64,000 bases of DNA, taken from assembly GCF_006345805.1 (NCBI RefSeq), contig NC_043016.1, positions 28,830,001 to 28,894,000 of the forward strand, written 5' to 3'. Every line of letters starts with the position of its first letter. The stretch's first letter is position 1. The translations under genes were made by a program, and so were the position numbers. The notes below the pieces were generated by a model. It saw only the letters and a program-made list of their open reading frames with translations, was not told where the DNA came from and ran no database searches. This DNA comes from Octopus sinensis (lineage: Eukaryota). Shown here one piece after another: positions 41,478 to 53,969 of the stretch.

Positions 41478-44400
41478 TTAGCCATTGTTTGTGTAGAGCC
41501 AATCCTATTCTGAACTATGATTAAAACAAACTTCTTGAAAGCCGTAAATATTATTATCATTGGAACGATGCTTAGGCAGCAAGCTAGCAGAATTGTTAGC
41601 ATAGTGGACAAAATGCTTAGTGGCTTTATGTTCTGAGTTCAAATTCTGTCAAAGTTGACTTTGCCTCTCTTCCTTTCAGGGTCAATGAAATAAGTGCTAG
41701 TTGTGCACTGAGGTTAATGCAATTGATTAGTCTCTCACCACATAAATTTCAGGCCTTGTGCATATATAGTAGAAAGGAGCATTGAAATTATGCAATACAA
41801 TTTAGTGGACATGCCATGTAAGTCAGTCATATTAAGTATCTAGTAAGAAGATATTTTGTTAACTGAGTCATCTAAGTCAGGCAGTAGGTTACTGTTTAAG
41901 TAGGTGAATTTATTTTCATAATAGTCAACTGCCAACCTCCATTTTTTGTATTTGTGTTTACTAGAACAAATTGCTTGGTTTAATGATGTCTTTGACCATT
42001 CTATTCACATGTGTTGAAGTAAAGTTGGCAGCGGATGATATAAATTTATTTAGTATTAGATGGTTTTGTAATTAGCTAGTTTAAAATCTGGTGACAGATT
42101 AGGAAAGAATCTGAATGAATTGATTTTAGTGAGATCAAAACACAAACTTCCAAGTCTGGTGGTGTGATGCAAAGGCACCAAATTCTACTTTAACAGATGT
42201 TTACTAAAATAGAGGAATATCAAAAATAATGTTTGTAAAGCAGTTAGAAGCACAAGAAATTATATTTGACCATAAAAGCAGTGTTTTATCTTTAATTCTA
42301 GTTCACAATTATTTTTTATTGGTATCAGCCAATTTAACTGAAGAATTGTCTTGAATCATATTCTTATAGTCTTTAGTCAGTAATGCTAGATTATGCACAA
42401 CCTTTTTGAATTTTGGCTGACTGAATTATGGTGTTCTTTAAAGCAGTTAGGGCATCATTAACGGTAGTGTATGCAGAAATAATTTTGAAATTTTCTAAGG
42501 AAACCAAGCCTCAGGAGCTGTCAGTATCTTACTGAGTTTTTTATGTCCACACTGCTGATTACAAATTTAGTAAATTAAATTGATATATGAATAACCCAAG
42601 ACAAACGTGAATTTAAATCTGGCTTTAATTTAGTAAAAGTTCCACTGGCATCTACTGGCAAAACTGAAGTGACAGTAGCTCATATTGCTATTTATAATAA
42701 CAATAGTTGTTAGTAACTATAGCACTTCATAGAGAATCAACCATTTCTATTGTTATTCTGCTTTCATTTTACATCCATTATTCCATGCATGCATTAGTTA
42801 AGTGAATGTTTATGTAACAACATTAACTATGGAATAATTTTCACTATTTAGGCACAGGTATGGTTGTGTGGTAAGAAGCTTGCTTCCCAATCACATGGTT
42901 CTGGGTTCAGTCCCACTGAAGACAGCTTGGGCAAACCAAAGCCTTTTGAGTGGATTTGGTAGACTGAAACTGAAAAAAGCCTGTTGTATATATGTATATG
43001 TATATATCTATGTGTGTGTTTTTACATCTGTGTTTCCCCCCTCTCCCACTCCTACTGCTTGATAACCAGTATTGGTGTGTTTATGTTATTGTAAATTGGC
43101 AGTTTGGCAAAAGAGACCAATATAATAAGTACCAGGCTAAACAAAGGATAAGTCCTAGGTTCAATTTGTCCAACTAAAACCCTTGAAGGCAGTGCCTCAG
43201 CATGGCTGCAATCAAATGATTGAAATAAGTAAAAGATAAAAGATAAAAGACTTACAGTTGGTGTTATCTTACTTGTCACTGGTGTTTCCAGGATTCACAT
43301 TTATGGGGATACTGTTGAAAGTCTCCTGGTAATCAATCTATGCCATGTTCACACCCTTATTTCTCCTACAGTCTTCTGTTATGACTTTCTTAATCAGTAG
43401 TTGATCTTTACAGCATCTTGCTCTTCTACGATCAGAGTTCTTTTCCTAGGTGTGTATTTATTTTGTGATATTATTGTAGCTAATGCTTTATAAGCTGTAA
43501 GAAAGTAGCCTATGAATCTGTATTTTAAGTAAGGAATGGAGAATTGCATTTTCTTCAGTTTTGGAGATTAACCTTTTAGAATTTAAACCAGCCATATCCC
43601 AAATACCCTATCTGTTTTGACCCAGCCTCTCACTCCTACCTTACAATGTCATTCTAAAAATAAACCATCACATTTTTGAAATCTTGAAGCAATAAGATAA
43701 TGCACAATTAATCCAAGACAATGTAAGTTACATTTGACTGAGTAATCTGAATGTTAAAGGGTTAATATGGTTTTCCTTGCAGTCTGCCAGTCTGGTCTCA
43801 GTTCCAACAGTCTCTCATTAAACATCACTGCTAGCACTTTAAACATCCCTGTTAAATATTCTAAGCAGAAGTTGAAAATCTTATCATTTCCTGGTGGTTT
43901 CTAGTTATTTGTTTTTGCAGTACATCAGCAATGGTTATTCTAGGTTATTCCGTTTTTTTTCTTCTTTTTTTTTTACCTATGGACCCCTTTGATTACTATT
44001 TTATTCTGGTAGACCTTATATCTATTCAATGTTTAAAATCTAGTGTTATAGAAACTTCTTTCAAAATTCTTTTGTTGGTCACACACACATTAACTTGATG
44101 TAGGTTGAACTATGTAAAATGTTAGAGAAATCTAGCTGTTTTTTGCAATACTTACTAATACATGCATTTAAAGCAAAATTTTTCAAGGGCCCATAAAATA
44201 CAATTGTGGATCCCCAATTTTATTGTATGCCCCCTCCTCCAAAATCTTATATGGACCCTCAAGGGCCAGGTAGACGACCATGGTTGAGAATCACTGTTCT
44301 AATACTTAGTTTTGAACAATCTCATCTGTGATTATTCCTTTGTGTCCATATTCCTCACCAAAATTCTACTTTCTTGCTGTTGGTGCTATATTGATTTTTA

Positions 44401-45307
44401 TTTTATTTTTACCTATTTCCTGATAAAAATGATTTTGGCTTTGAGTCAAATCGTTTGTTTTGCTCAAATTAATCATTGGCACTCTTAATACCAATAAACT
44501 TTAGCAAGGAACTGTTATTTAACACAATTTTATTTTATTATTTTTGATTTTTGGATATCTCTTGTTTTTATTTTCAATTTCTATTTTATTTGTTTTTCTT
44601 TTTACTTTCAAACATGTCTTTCCCTTATTGATTTTGAGATCTTTTATTTTCTATCTTTTTCTGTTGTTCTCTTGAGTTTTTCTTATTCTGGTGAAATAAT
44701 GATGATTAAATCTACAATCACTAGGTTTGTGTTAATTATTTTTCATTATCCTTGTATGTTAAGGAGGTAATTGTTTTCTTTGATCCATATCAATATAATC
44801 TTTTTTTTAAATAATTTCCACCTTTAGCTTTCTATGTTTGTAATTTCCATCTTTAGAATACCTTATTCTTGAATTTCTTCAAATTACATTCTTGTTATTG
44901 TTGTTCTGGCCCAGTTTTTATTGTTCTGTATTATTTAGTTGTTTTAGTATTTGAATTCATTGTTTTATTATTTATTTTGTTTATTTTGGTCATATTAGTT
45001 CTATCTTTATCGTTTAATTTCTCAACGCGTTTTAAAACTTTTAATGTTTACCTTCTGTTGCTCTTGTGGCAAATAAAAGAAATAATAATAATTTCAAAAT
45101 TTGGCACAAGGCCAGCAGTTTGAGAGGAGGTGTAAATTGTTTACATTAACCCCAGTACTCAGCTGGTACTTATTTTGTGACCCCAAAATGATGAAAGGTA
45201 AAGTTGATCCCAACAGAATTTTAACTCAGAATGTAAAGGCAGATGGAATGCCACTAAGCATTTGGCACAGAATGTTAACGTTTCTGCTAGCTCACTGTCT
45301 AATAATC

Positions 45308-45505
45308 ATCATCATCATCATCATCGTTTAACGTCCGCTTTCCATGCTGGCATGGGTTGGACGGTTCAACTGGGGTCTGGGAAGCCAGGAGGCTGCACCA
45401 GGCTCCAGTCTGATCTGGCAATGTTTCTACGGCTGGATGCCCTTCCTAACGCCAACCACTCCGTGAGTGTAGTGGGTGCTTTTTACGTGTCACCGGCACA
45501 GCGTG
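45308..45505 (-). mobile_element. SINE family C 3' part with RTE-type tail (...CCCATGCTAGCATGGAAAGCGGACGTTAAACGATGATG)
   Basis: Also at about 5330-5582 (+), 7540-7890 (+), 21150-21380 (-), 34920-35180 (-), 61013-61158 (+) and 62160-62535 (-). Confidence 0.8.
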
Positions 45506-46318
45506 CCACCGAATTAACAAGTGAAAAATAAATATACAGTGTGTGTATTTATTTGGCTGAAACAAGTAAAAGAATGAAAAAAGACGTGAATGGTAAATTG
45601 CTTTGTTGAAACTAACAATTCGATAACAACAATAATTCAAACATCTATCTCAAAGTTTTGATGTCCCCCTAGCATTGCTTGACAACTGATGCTGGTGTGT
45701 TTATGTCCCTGTCACTTAGCGGTTTGGCAAAAGAGACCGATAAGTACTGGGCTTACAAAGAATAAGTTCCGGGGTCGATTTGCTCGACTAAAGGCGGTGA
45801 TCCAGCATGGCTGCTGTGTAATGACTGAAACAAGTAAAAGAGTAAAAGAGTCCTGGTTAATGATTCATTTTGGTGAGAAAAAAAAGGTAGTGGGGGGGGG
45901 GGTCAACCCTGGAATTTAAATCAATTACAATGAATTGTGACTAGAATGTCGAGGGGGAATGATTTGACGCGCACGAGTGTTGACTTGCTTCATGCTCTTG
46001 TTTGATGGTGCGGGGGTCGTACCAAGTTAGTGGTCTCAGAGACGTCATCTCGTGCCAGCCCCTCTGCATTCTTCAAGTGTTGACTACGAATTGTTACACA
46101 ATTTCACGTATGTTAAACAACAGCTGAACATTTTCTCACGCAGTACGGGATAAAAAAGAAAAGAAACCCCAAAACAGAACAAATTGTTTTGGGTCTACAG
46201 TAAGAAGTATTTTCCTTAGAATATTTTAAAGCAGTGGTTCTCAAACATTTTTTTCTCTGGGGCCCACTTTTCGTATCCCCCAAATCCAGGCCCACTGGAA
46301 TGATAATAATAATAATAA

Positions 46319-46675
46319 TTGGGTGGTATTGAACCCAGTGCTCCGATGACAATAGGGATAACCTTGATGTTCAACTCCCGTAGCTGCCACATCTTAGCAA
46401 TCTCAATTCTCCATATTTATCAACTTTTTCTCTTTCTTTCATGATTTGTTGATCTCCTGGCACTGCTACATCAGTTATTAGGCACTCTTGTTTGTTCCTC
46501 CTAAAGGTTACTATATCCAGCCTCCAGTGCTCTAACACTTTGTCTGTCTGGAAATCAAAGCCCCACCCTACAATCTAGATGTATTGCAAAGGCATTACTT
46601 GGAACTGCATGCACATTGCGTAAAGTACTGTCTGAGGTCAACAACCTCATGATATTGTATCCTACGCAATGGCTA
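46319..46675. mobile_element. R4/Dong-clade LINE fragment with a 5' inversion, in (AAT)n
   Basis: 46321-46564 on the minus strand: FDFQTDKVLEHWRLDIV...CLITDVAVPGD...KMWQLRELNIKVIPIVIGALGSIPP (RLE domain). 46566-46675 on the plus strand: PYNLDVLQ..ALLGTA..LRKVLS plus the 3' end. Confidence 0.8.
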
Positions 46676-47454
46676 TAATAATAATGATTATAATTGATAT
46701 TGTTGAAGAAGAATATTTGCCAACTCTGGCATTGAGGTTAACCAAGCAAGATAATTTTGTCTTATTTTAGTATTATTGATAGGGCACGCTCTAAGGTAAC
46801 ATAACATTTCTCTTCAACTCTCAAGTTTTCATCAAATGTTGTCACATAGTCACTGATAACTATCACTGAGCCTTTTCACCAGATCAATGCCAGCCACCAC
46901 AAAAACCCTGCAAGCTCTGCACTGCCCTAAATGCTGCTCTTCTGATATTTTTCTTTCCAGAAGAAAGTTTATCCATTAACTATGTTTTTTCAGCTGTCCC
47001 TCATTGGCTAGACTAACTACCTATTTACTAATTTCCACTACCTACCTACCCACACATCTGCCTACAGACCCACCTCCTTACATAGTTACCTATATACTTT
47101 TATCTGTTTACCTTTTCCTACCTACCTACCTCCCTCCTGTAGACCTACCTTATTGTCTGTGTTTTACCCTGCCACCCAATTGATAACATCTAAATCTTTT
47201 ACACATGTTTATATTAGATTACAAAAACGTGTTGGTAGTGGCAATGCAGATCTCAGAGACTGCTGTTGTTGTTATTGTTACTGCTGTCAATGTTGTTTCT
47301 GTTTTTATTGTTTTTAGCAACTTGTATTTTTTTTTATGATGGCAGTTGTAAAGAGGAAGTTTGTAAGGAAGCAAGGGAGATTTGAAATAATTATTGACTA
47401 TCCTCACCTTCTTATGGTAATATCAACTACTGCAGCAACTATGGTGTCTGTCTG

Positions 47455-47860
47455 CCTTCTTTCCCAGTGTCAGAGGTCACGGACACTCCCTTCCTCATTT
47501 TCTTATCAAAGATCATAGACACTTCCTTTTCTTTCCACCAGCATGAAAGGTCATGACTACTCCTCTTTATTCCTACCAGTGTCAAAGGTCATGGGTGCTC
47601 CACTTTCCTGCAACCAATGTCAAAGGTCATGAATACTCTCCTTGCCTCTCACCAGTGTCAAAGGCTTTGGACACTCCTCTTGCCTCCCAATAATGTCAAA
47701 GGTCATAGACGCTTCTCTTTCCTCCCACCAATGTTAATGACCATGGACACTCCCCTTTCCTCCCACCAGTGTCCAAGACTATGAACATTCTTTTTTCAGC
47801 CCACCAGTGTCAGCTGTCTTACAAAGGTTATGGCTTCTTCCTGTTTTTCCTCCCACCAGT
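47455..47860. repeat. 38-bp minisatellite, about 10 diverged copies
   Basis: Consensus CCACCAGTGTCAAAGGTCATGGACACTCCCCTTTCCTC; register 47508, 47546, 47584, 47622, 47660, 47698, 47736, 47774. Confidence 0.9.
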
Positions 47861-50800
47861 GACTCCTGAAACAACCATGTAATTTTATGAAGAACTGAGA
47901 AAAATTCTGTAAGAATTGTTTATTTAGGAATCTGTGGAAACAAAATTTAGTGATTCAAAGATGAAGTATAGCATTCAGGAATTGAATGTGGTTCTCATAG
48001 ATAGAACATTATGTTTGAAGCGGCTATTGTTCTTGTTGCTGTTAACTTATGATCAAAGATGTTCCAGCTATGACCATCCCATCTTTAATTCAGACCAAAT
48101 GTACATAAACTTACATAGTGTAATAGTTAGTATTAGTGGCTATAGTTGTTGTTGTTGTTGTTGTTTAACCCCAGGTCAGTTCTGGTCCAGAACTGACCAA
48201 TGAGTAAAGATGTGACCACTATGACCATCTCATCTTTTATTCAGACACTATATTTATTACTTACATTATCTAATGTCTTGAAGAATGGTTAGTGGCTATA
48301 GTAGTTGTTTAATCCCAGGTTAGTGCTTATCCAGTAGACCTATGTTCAGAGTTGTTCCAGCTGTGACCACCTCATGTTTTATTCAGATGTAAGTGTATCT
48401 AGGATGATATTATGTCATGTGTCCTTTTTGTAAAATGGTAAGAGTGTCATAAAATGGAGATTTGGTTGAAGCCTATCAACATGTTTTTGCAAATTATACT
48501 TAATGAGGCTCTTTTTAATTATTTAAGTATGATGCTTTGCTTAATATAACTTAAAAAAAACTATGAATAATTAAAGTTAAATACTAAATTCCCTGCATGT
48601 GTATATGTGAGATACCTAGTGGTGGACTTGGTGATATTGCATTTATAAGTAACATCATGTTTTTATTTTGTGTGTGTGTGTATGATTGAAAAGTTTGCTT
48701 CCCAACCATGTGATTTCAGGTTCAGTCTTATTGTATGGCATTCACTCAAAAGGTAAAGAGCTGGAACAAATGTTGCAAAGAACTTTTTCTGACATGTTAA
48801 CAATTCTTCCAGCTTGCCAGTCATAATAAAAATAATATGAAAAAAGTAGCACAGAGAGATGAGAAAGAAATTTTACAGAAAAAAAAAAAAATCAAAAACA
48901 CAGCACAATGTGCCTCATATATGTATATAGGCACATGGCTCAGTGGTTTGAGCATAGGGCTGACAATCATGAGGTAGTTAGTTTAATTCCCAGACTGGGC
49001 TGTGTGTTGTGTTCTTGAGTAAGATACTTTATTTCATGCTGTTCCAGTTCACTCAGCTGTAGAAATGAGTTGCAATGTCACTGGTTCCAAGCTGTATCAA
49101 CCTTTAACTTTCCCTTGGATAACATCAGTGACATAGAGAGAGGAGGTTGGTATGCATGGGTGACTGCTGGTCTTCCATAAACAACCTTGCCCGGACTTGT
49201 GCCTTGGAGGGTAACTATATATTATGTGAGGCACATTACAGTGCCAGTGGCATCACCACCACCAACAACAATAGCAATCATTGTTTCTAATATAGGTAGG
49301 CACAAACTCTAAAATTTGAGAGATGAGGTTAGTCAAGGCCATTGATTGGTACTTTAATTTATCAACTCCAAAAGGGTGGAAGACAAAGTTGACTTTGATG
49401 AAATTTGAACTCAGAATAAAATGAGCCAGAACAAATACCACAAGGCTTTTCGTCCAACACTCTGTTTCTGCTAATCTACCACCCTAACAACAACAACAAC
49501 AATAACAGAATAATAGAGTGATTAAAATAAACTGATATAGAAGTGACTAATGGTGATGATGATGATAATATTGTTGTTATTTAGCCCCAAGCTGGCTCCT
49601 ACAGTGCACACCTATGATCAAAGCTGTTTAAATTTTAGCTATGTCAGTCCCTTTTTATGTTTACAGCATTGTGTCATAGCTTATCCTGAATTACATTAGC
49701 TAATGTGTTCTTTTCTTTCTGAGATGGTTGGGTGTAAATTGAGGGATATTGAGCTGCTGTCTCTAGGAAATTGAATAACACTGCGAAGACTCCCACACTG
49801 GTTCATTAAAAATGATGATGGCAGTAGTTTTGATGATAATGGTGGTGATGGGGGAGATGTTGATGATGATGGTAGTGATAATAGTATCTGATTGTAATGA
49901 AAATGATGGTATCATGATGATGCTGGTAGTATTTGTGGTGGTGATGATGATGATGATGATGAAGCCAGCAGTTATCGTTTCGTTCAACTGAAAATAACTT
50001 TCATTTGATAAGGTTAAAACTTCCTGTAAAATACAAGTAAAAACAAAATTTTAGATTCAAAAATGTAACTGGTGATTTAACCCTTTAGCATTCTCATTAT
50101 TCTGTCAAAAATAACGCTTATTTTTTCACATTTTTTTTCTATTAATCATGCATTATTTTGTAGTTTTGAGATTTTGATGAGCTAACTGTTAATTTTTAGA
50201 ATTATGTTTTAAGGTTAGTCTGGGACCTGGCCAGCTTGAGCATAAAACAGTGATATATTCAGGGTGAGGTAAATGTCATGCACCATAGGGATAATATATT
50301 AAAAGAAAATTATATTTGTTTGTTATTTAAGTGTTGTATGTGCTGTTCAAAATGCCCCGCTTCCTTTTCATAACACATTTCATTTCTGACCTTTGTTTTT
50401 ATTGATCCTGTACCAAAATATGTAAATAATATATATATATATATATATATAATCATTCAACATTCTGACTACCTTATTACTCTCAATATACAATATCTGT
50501 TCATCACTTCAAAAACTCTCTACATATATATATATATGTGTTCATGTATAAATAATTTTGTGTATATTTGTGAATATGTATATATGCATGTGTGTATACA
50601 TAATCATATTTTGTGTGTGTATAGAATAAAATTTATTTTAAACTGAAACTGCACAACCTGTGACTGTAAGCTTCATGTTTTGCCAATTTTCAAGCAGTAA
50701 AAGAAAAAAAAAAACTGTACCAGCAAATCTTATATATATAAAATAAAATAAAAATATTGAATGTGTGGTGCATGTTAACACTAGGAAATCTTTTGATTTA

Positions 50801-52282
50801 GTTGGAACTTGTAATACTGTAGTATTATTGAAAGCTGTCTGACGTTCACCCTCAAGGTATTTTGAAATATTTGAACAAACAATTCTGATTCATGATGACG
50901 CAATATATTGAACATGAGATACACTTTAACAAAAGAGAACTTTTTTTGTGTAGAGCATGCAACAGAATTTGAAGAATAATGTAAGCACTTTTCAACATTC
51001 TACAAACATTGTTATCCACTCATACAAAACCAAGAATTTGTATGAAATTAGCAGTGACATATACAATAAGCTTTATCTAATAAAAAGTGTATCAAATTAT
51101 GTTCAGTTTCATTAATTTAGAGACTCAGCAAAAAGCTGCCTTAGAAATAAATGATAAAATTGTGTGTCCTTACAATACATTTAAGGCCCATAAGCATAAT
51201 TCTATTAATAATTCACCTTATCAAATAACATATTTAACTGAATGGGAGTTAGATTATGTAAAAGTTTCTCAGTCACAATAAATTGCAAATTTAAACAAGG
51301 AACTGTTTTACCATAAAGGAATAATGGTACTTCCATTATTATTTTGGTTAATAAAGTCTTAGTGATAAGATTAATAAATTCAACTACTTTGGAATCTACC
51401 CTTTGTTAACTAAATCAATGCACCAAAAAACATATCTGTTATTGACAAGATTCATCTTTCAATCAGGGATTTCATTAATAAAATAATCATGCATGCAAGC
51501 TCATTGCTTTCTTTGGAAAACAACCTATCAGTGAAAATAAATTGTTTATTGTTTTGGTGTGATTATGAGTAGCTTAGCCTTCACAGGTATTTGAGAACTT
51601 ATGGGTCTTTTACATTTATACTATAAGTTCAATAAATACAGTGTGGTTTACAAGATAATGATATATTCAGTGTTACACTTAATATGAATGCCCAACAGTT
51701 AGATAGTTCAGAGAAAAAATTCTTTGAGTTACATCTAAAGATTATTGTTAATATGAACTTTCATATCGTTAATTTTTTTAGATATTGTAAATTTAGAAGC
51801 TAATAAATACTTTCTAATTATGAAGCCAAGGAAGAAAGTTACTATCAAATATTGCTTCAAGTAACCCTCTCCTATAAAATAATTTAATGAAAATGTTATT
51901 AATATGTTATAGTTAAGATGTTGCATCTCTCACTAAAGTAGCCTTTTATTATTATTATGAAGCATTGAAATTCATAATAATTTTAATTCTCAAATGCAAA
52001 GAAATGGAAGCCATGAAATTATTTGGTTTAAAGCTCCACTCAACCTTAATTGTGAGTGCAAGTATCAGTAAATATGTCTTCAACCTCTTAGATTATTATT
52101 TCTTGAAAAGTCATAGCTATAGGTGCAGGTATGGTTGTGTGGTTAGGAAGCTTGTTTTGCAGCCATGTGATCCTGGGTTCAATTCACTGTGTGGCACCTT
52201 CAGCAAGTGTCTTATACTATAGCTCCAGGCCAACTGATGCTTTGTAAGTAAGTTTGGGAGACAAGATTGTTTTATGTGTGTG

Positions 52283-52352
<70 letters not shown>

Positions 52353-53920
52353 CTCTCTCCTCCTCTCTCATGTATTTGGTCAATAAAGTCTGCTTGACTG
52401 GCAAACAAGACTGATAGAATAGGTACCAGCCTTAAAAAGCTGTGTACTTGAGCTAATTTGTGCTCAACAAAACCCTTCAATACTTTACTCCAGCATAGTC
52501 ACACTCCAATGACTGAAATAAAATATAAAAAATAAAATATTATATTTTTGTTAGGAATAATGTTAATATAACTTTCAGTTGCATACATAATTTTGCTTTA
52601 GATATACAAAATTTTAATAGTACAAATCTTAAACACCTCTTTATATCTTTTTCTTTCTGTTCATGTAATTGTTTTAATCTAGTAAATTGCCCATGAACTA
52701 ATTATATCTTTCAAAGATCAAAACCCTGTGTAACTGGGAATCCTTTTAATTTGAGATACAATCTACATCAGCATATTTTCAGAAATCCTGAAAGATCTTT
52801 TGATACAAGTTTATCAAAGTACATGTAGTCTTTAAGAAATAACAATTTCAGAAATTATTTGGAAGATATTAGAACATACCAAACTGGTAACGATGGCTGT
52901 GTTCTTTGTATTTCTGAAAAAAAAAAAAAAAATGAATATATTGTTCCATAGGAATTCTGTCTTAAACACCCATTCTGAGCTTGTAATCTTTTGGCACCAT
53001 AAGTCAAAAATGCTCACTCATTAAACATTTAAAAATGTTTAATAAATTGACCATCAGATGGCTTACTGTCAAATTGAAACATGCTCCAAACAAATCAAAA
53101 GTCTTCTTTTATAATCTTGCATTTCATACTGTTATTATACATGCCATCCATATTCAACAGTATATATTTTCTGTATAAAGTAAGATAGTTTTTATTTTCT
53201 ATCTTTCTTTTACCTGTTACAGAAATTGGACAGCAGCCATGCTGAACCATTTAATTGAACTAATCAACCCTAGTACTTAAAGTCTGGTACTTATTCTATC
53301 AGTCTCTTTTTTCAAACTGCTAAGTTACAGAGATGTAAAGAAACCAATATTGGTTGTCAAACAGTGATGGGGTCAAACACACGCACGCACTCATACAAAC
53401 AAACACACACGTAGCATAGGCTTCTTTCAGTTTCCATCTATCAAATACACTCACAAGGCTTTGGTTGGCCCAAGACTATAGTAAAAGACATTTGCCCAAG
53501 GTACCATGCAGTGGGACCTCCTTCAATGTTTTCAGAATTGGCAAACTGTACAAGAATATAGTTGTAACTTATGGAGTTTGAGTTTACAAGAAAATTTCAT
53601 TCTATTATGCTATTATATTGTATTGAATTCTTTTTCTTGGAATTTTGATACTGTTGTCATATACATACCTGAATAAATGCATACATACGCACACACACAC
53701 ACACACACACACGCATTGTGGTTAATTTACTCTCAAAAATATTCACAATTTTCACATTTCTATTTTTATCTACCATTTAATTTCTATCATATGGCTAAAT
53801 ATTTTTTTGTTTTGTCGCTGTTTTTCTTTACTCTAGTCCTTCATGACTAATAGAGAATTTTTTTTTCTTTTTAGGTGGAGGGGGCAGATTGTTAATAACT
53901 CTATTAATGAAAAGGGAGAA

Positions 53921-53969
<49 letters not shown>

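Noticed and set aside
43292-43328. 37-nt micro-exon candidate (x)IHIYGDTVESLL
   Set aside because: Splice signals are only moderate, its phase 2-0 is incompatible with the 58669 exon, and there is no independent support. Similar weak candidates near 36589, 41965 and 50964 were also not called.
51087-51281. 64-aa ORF of ordinary composition
   Set aside because: AT-rich, non-ATG start, no convincing donor site and no recognisable motif.
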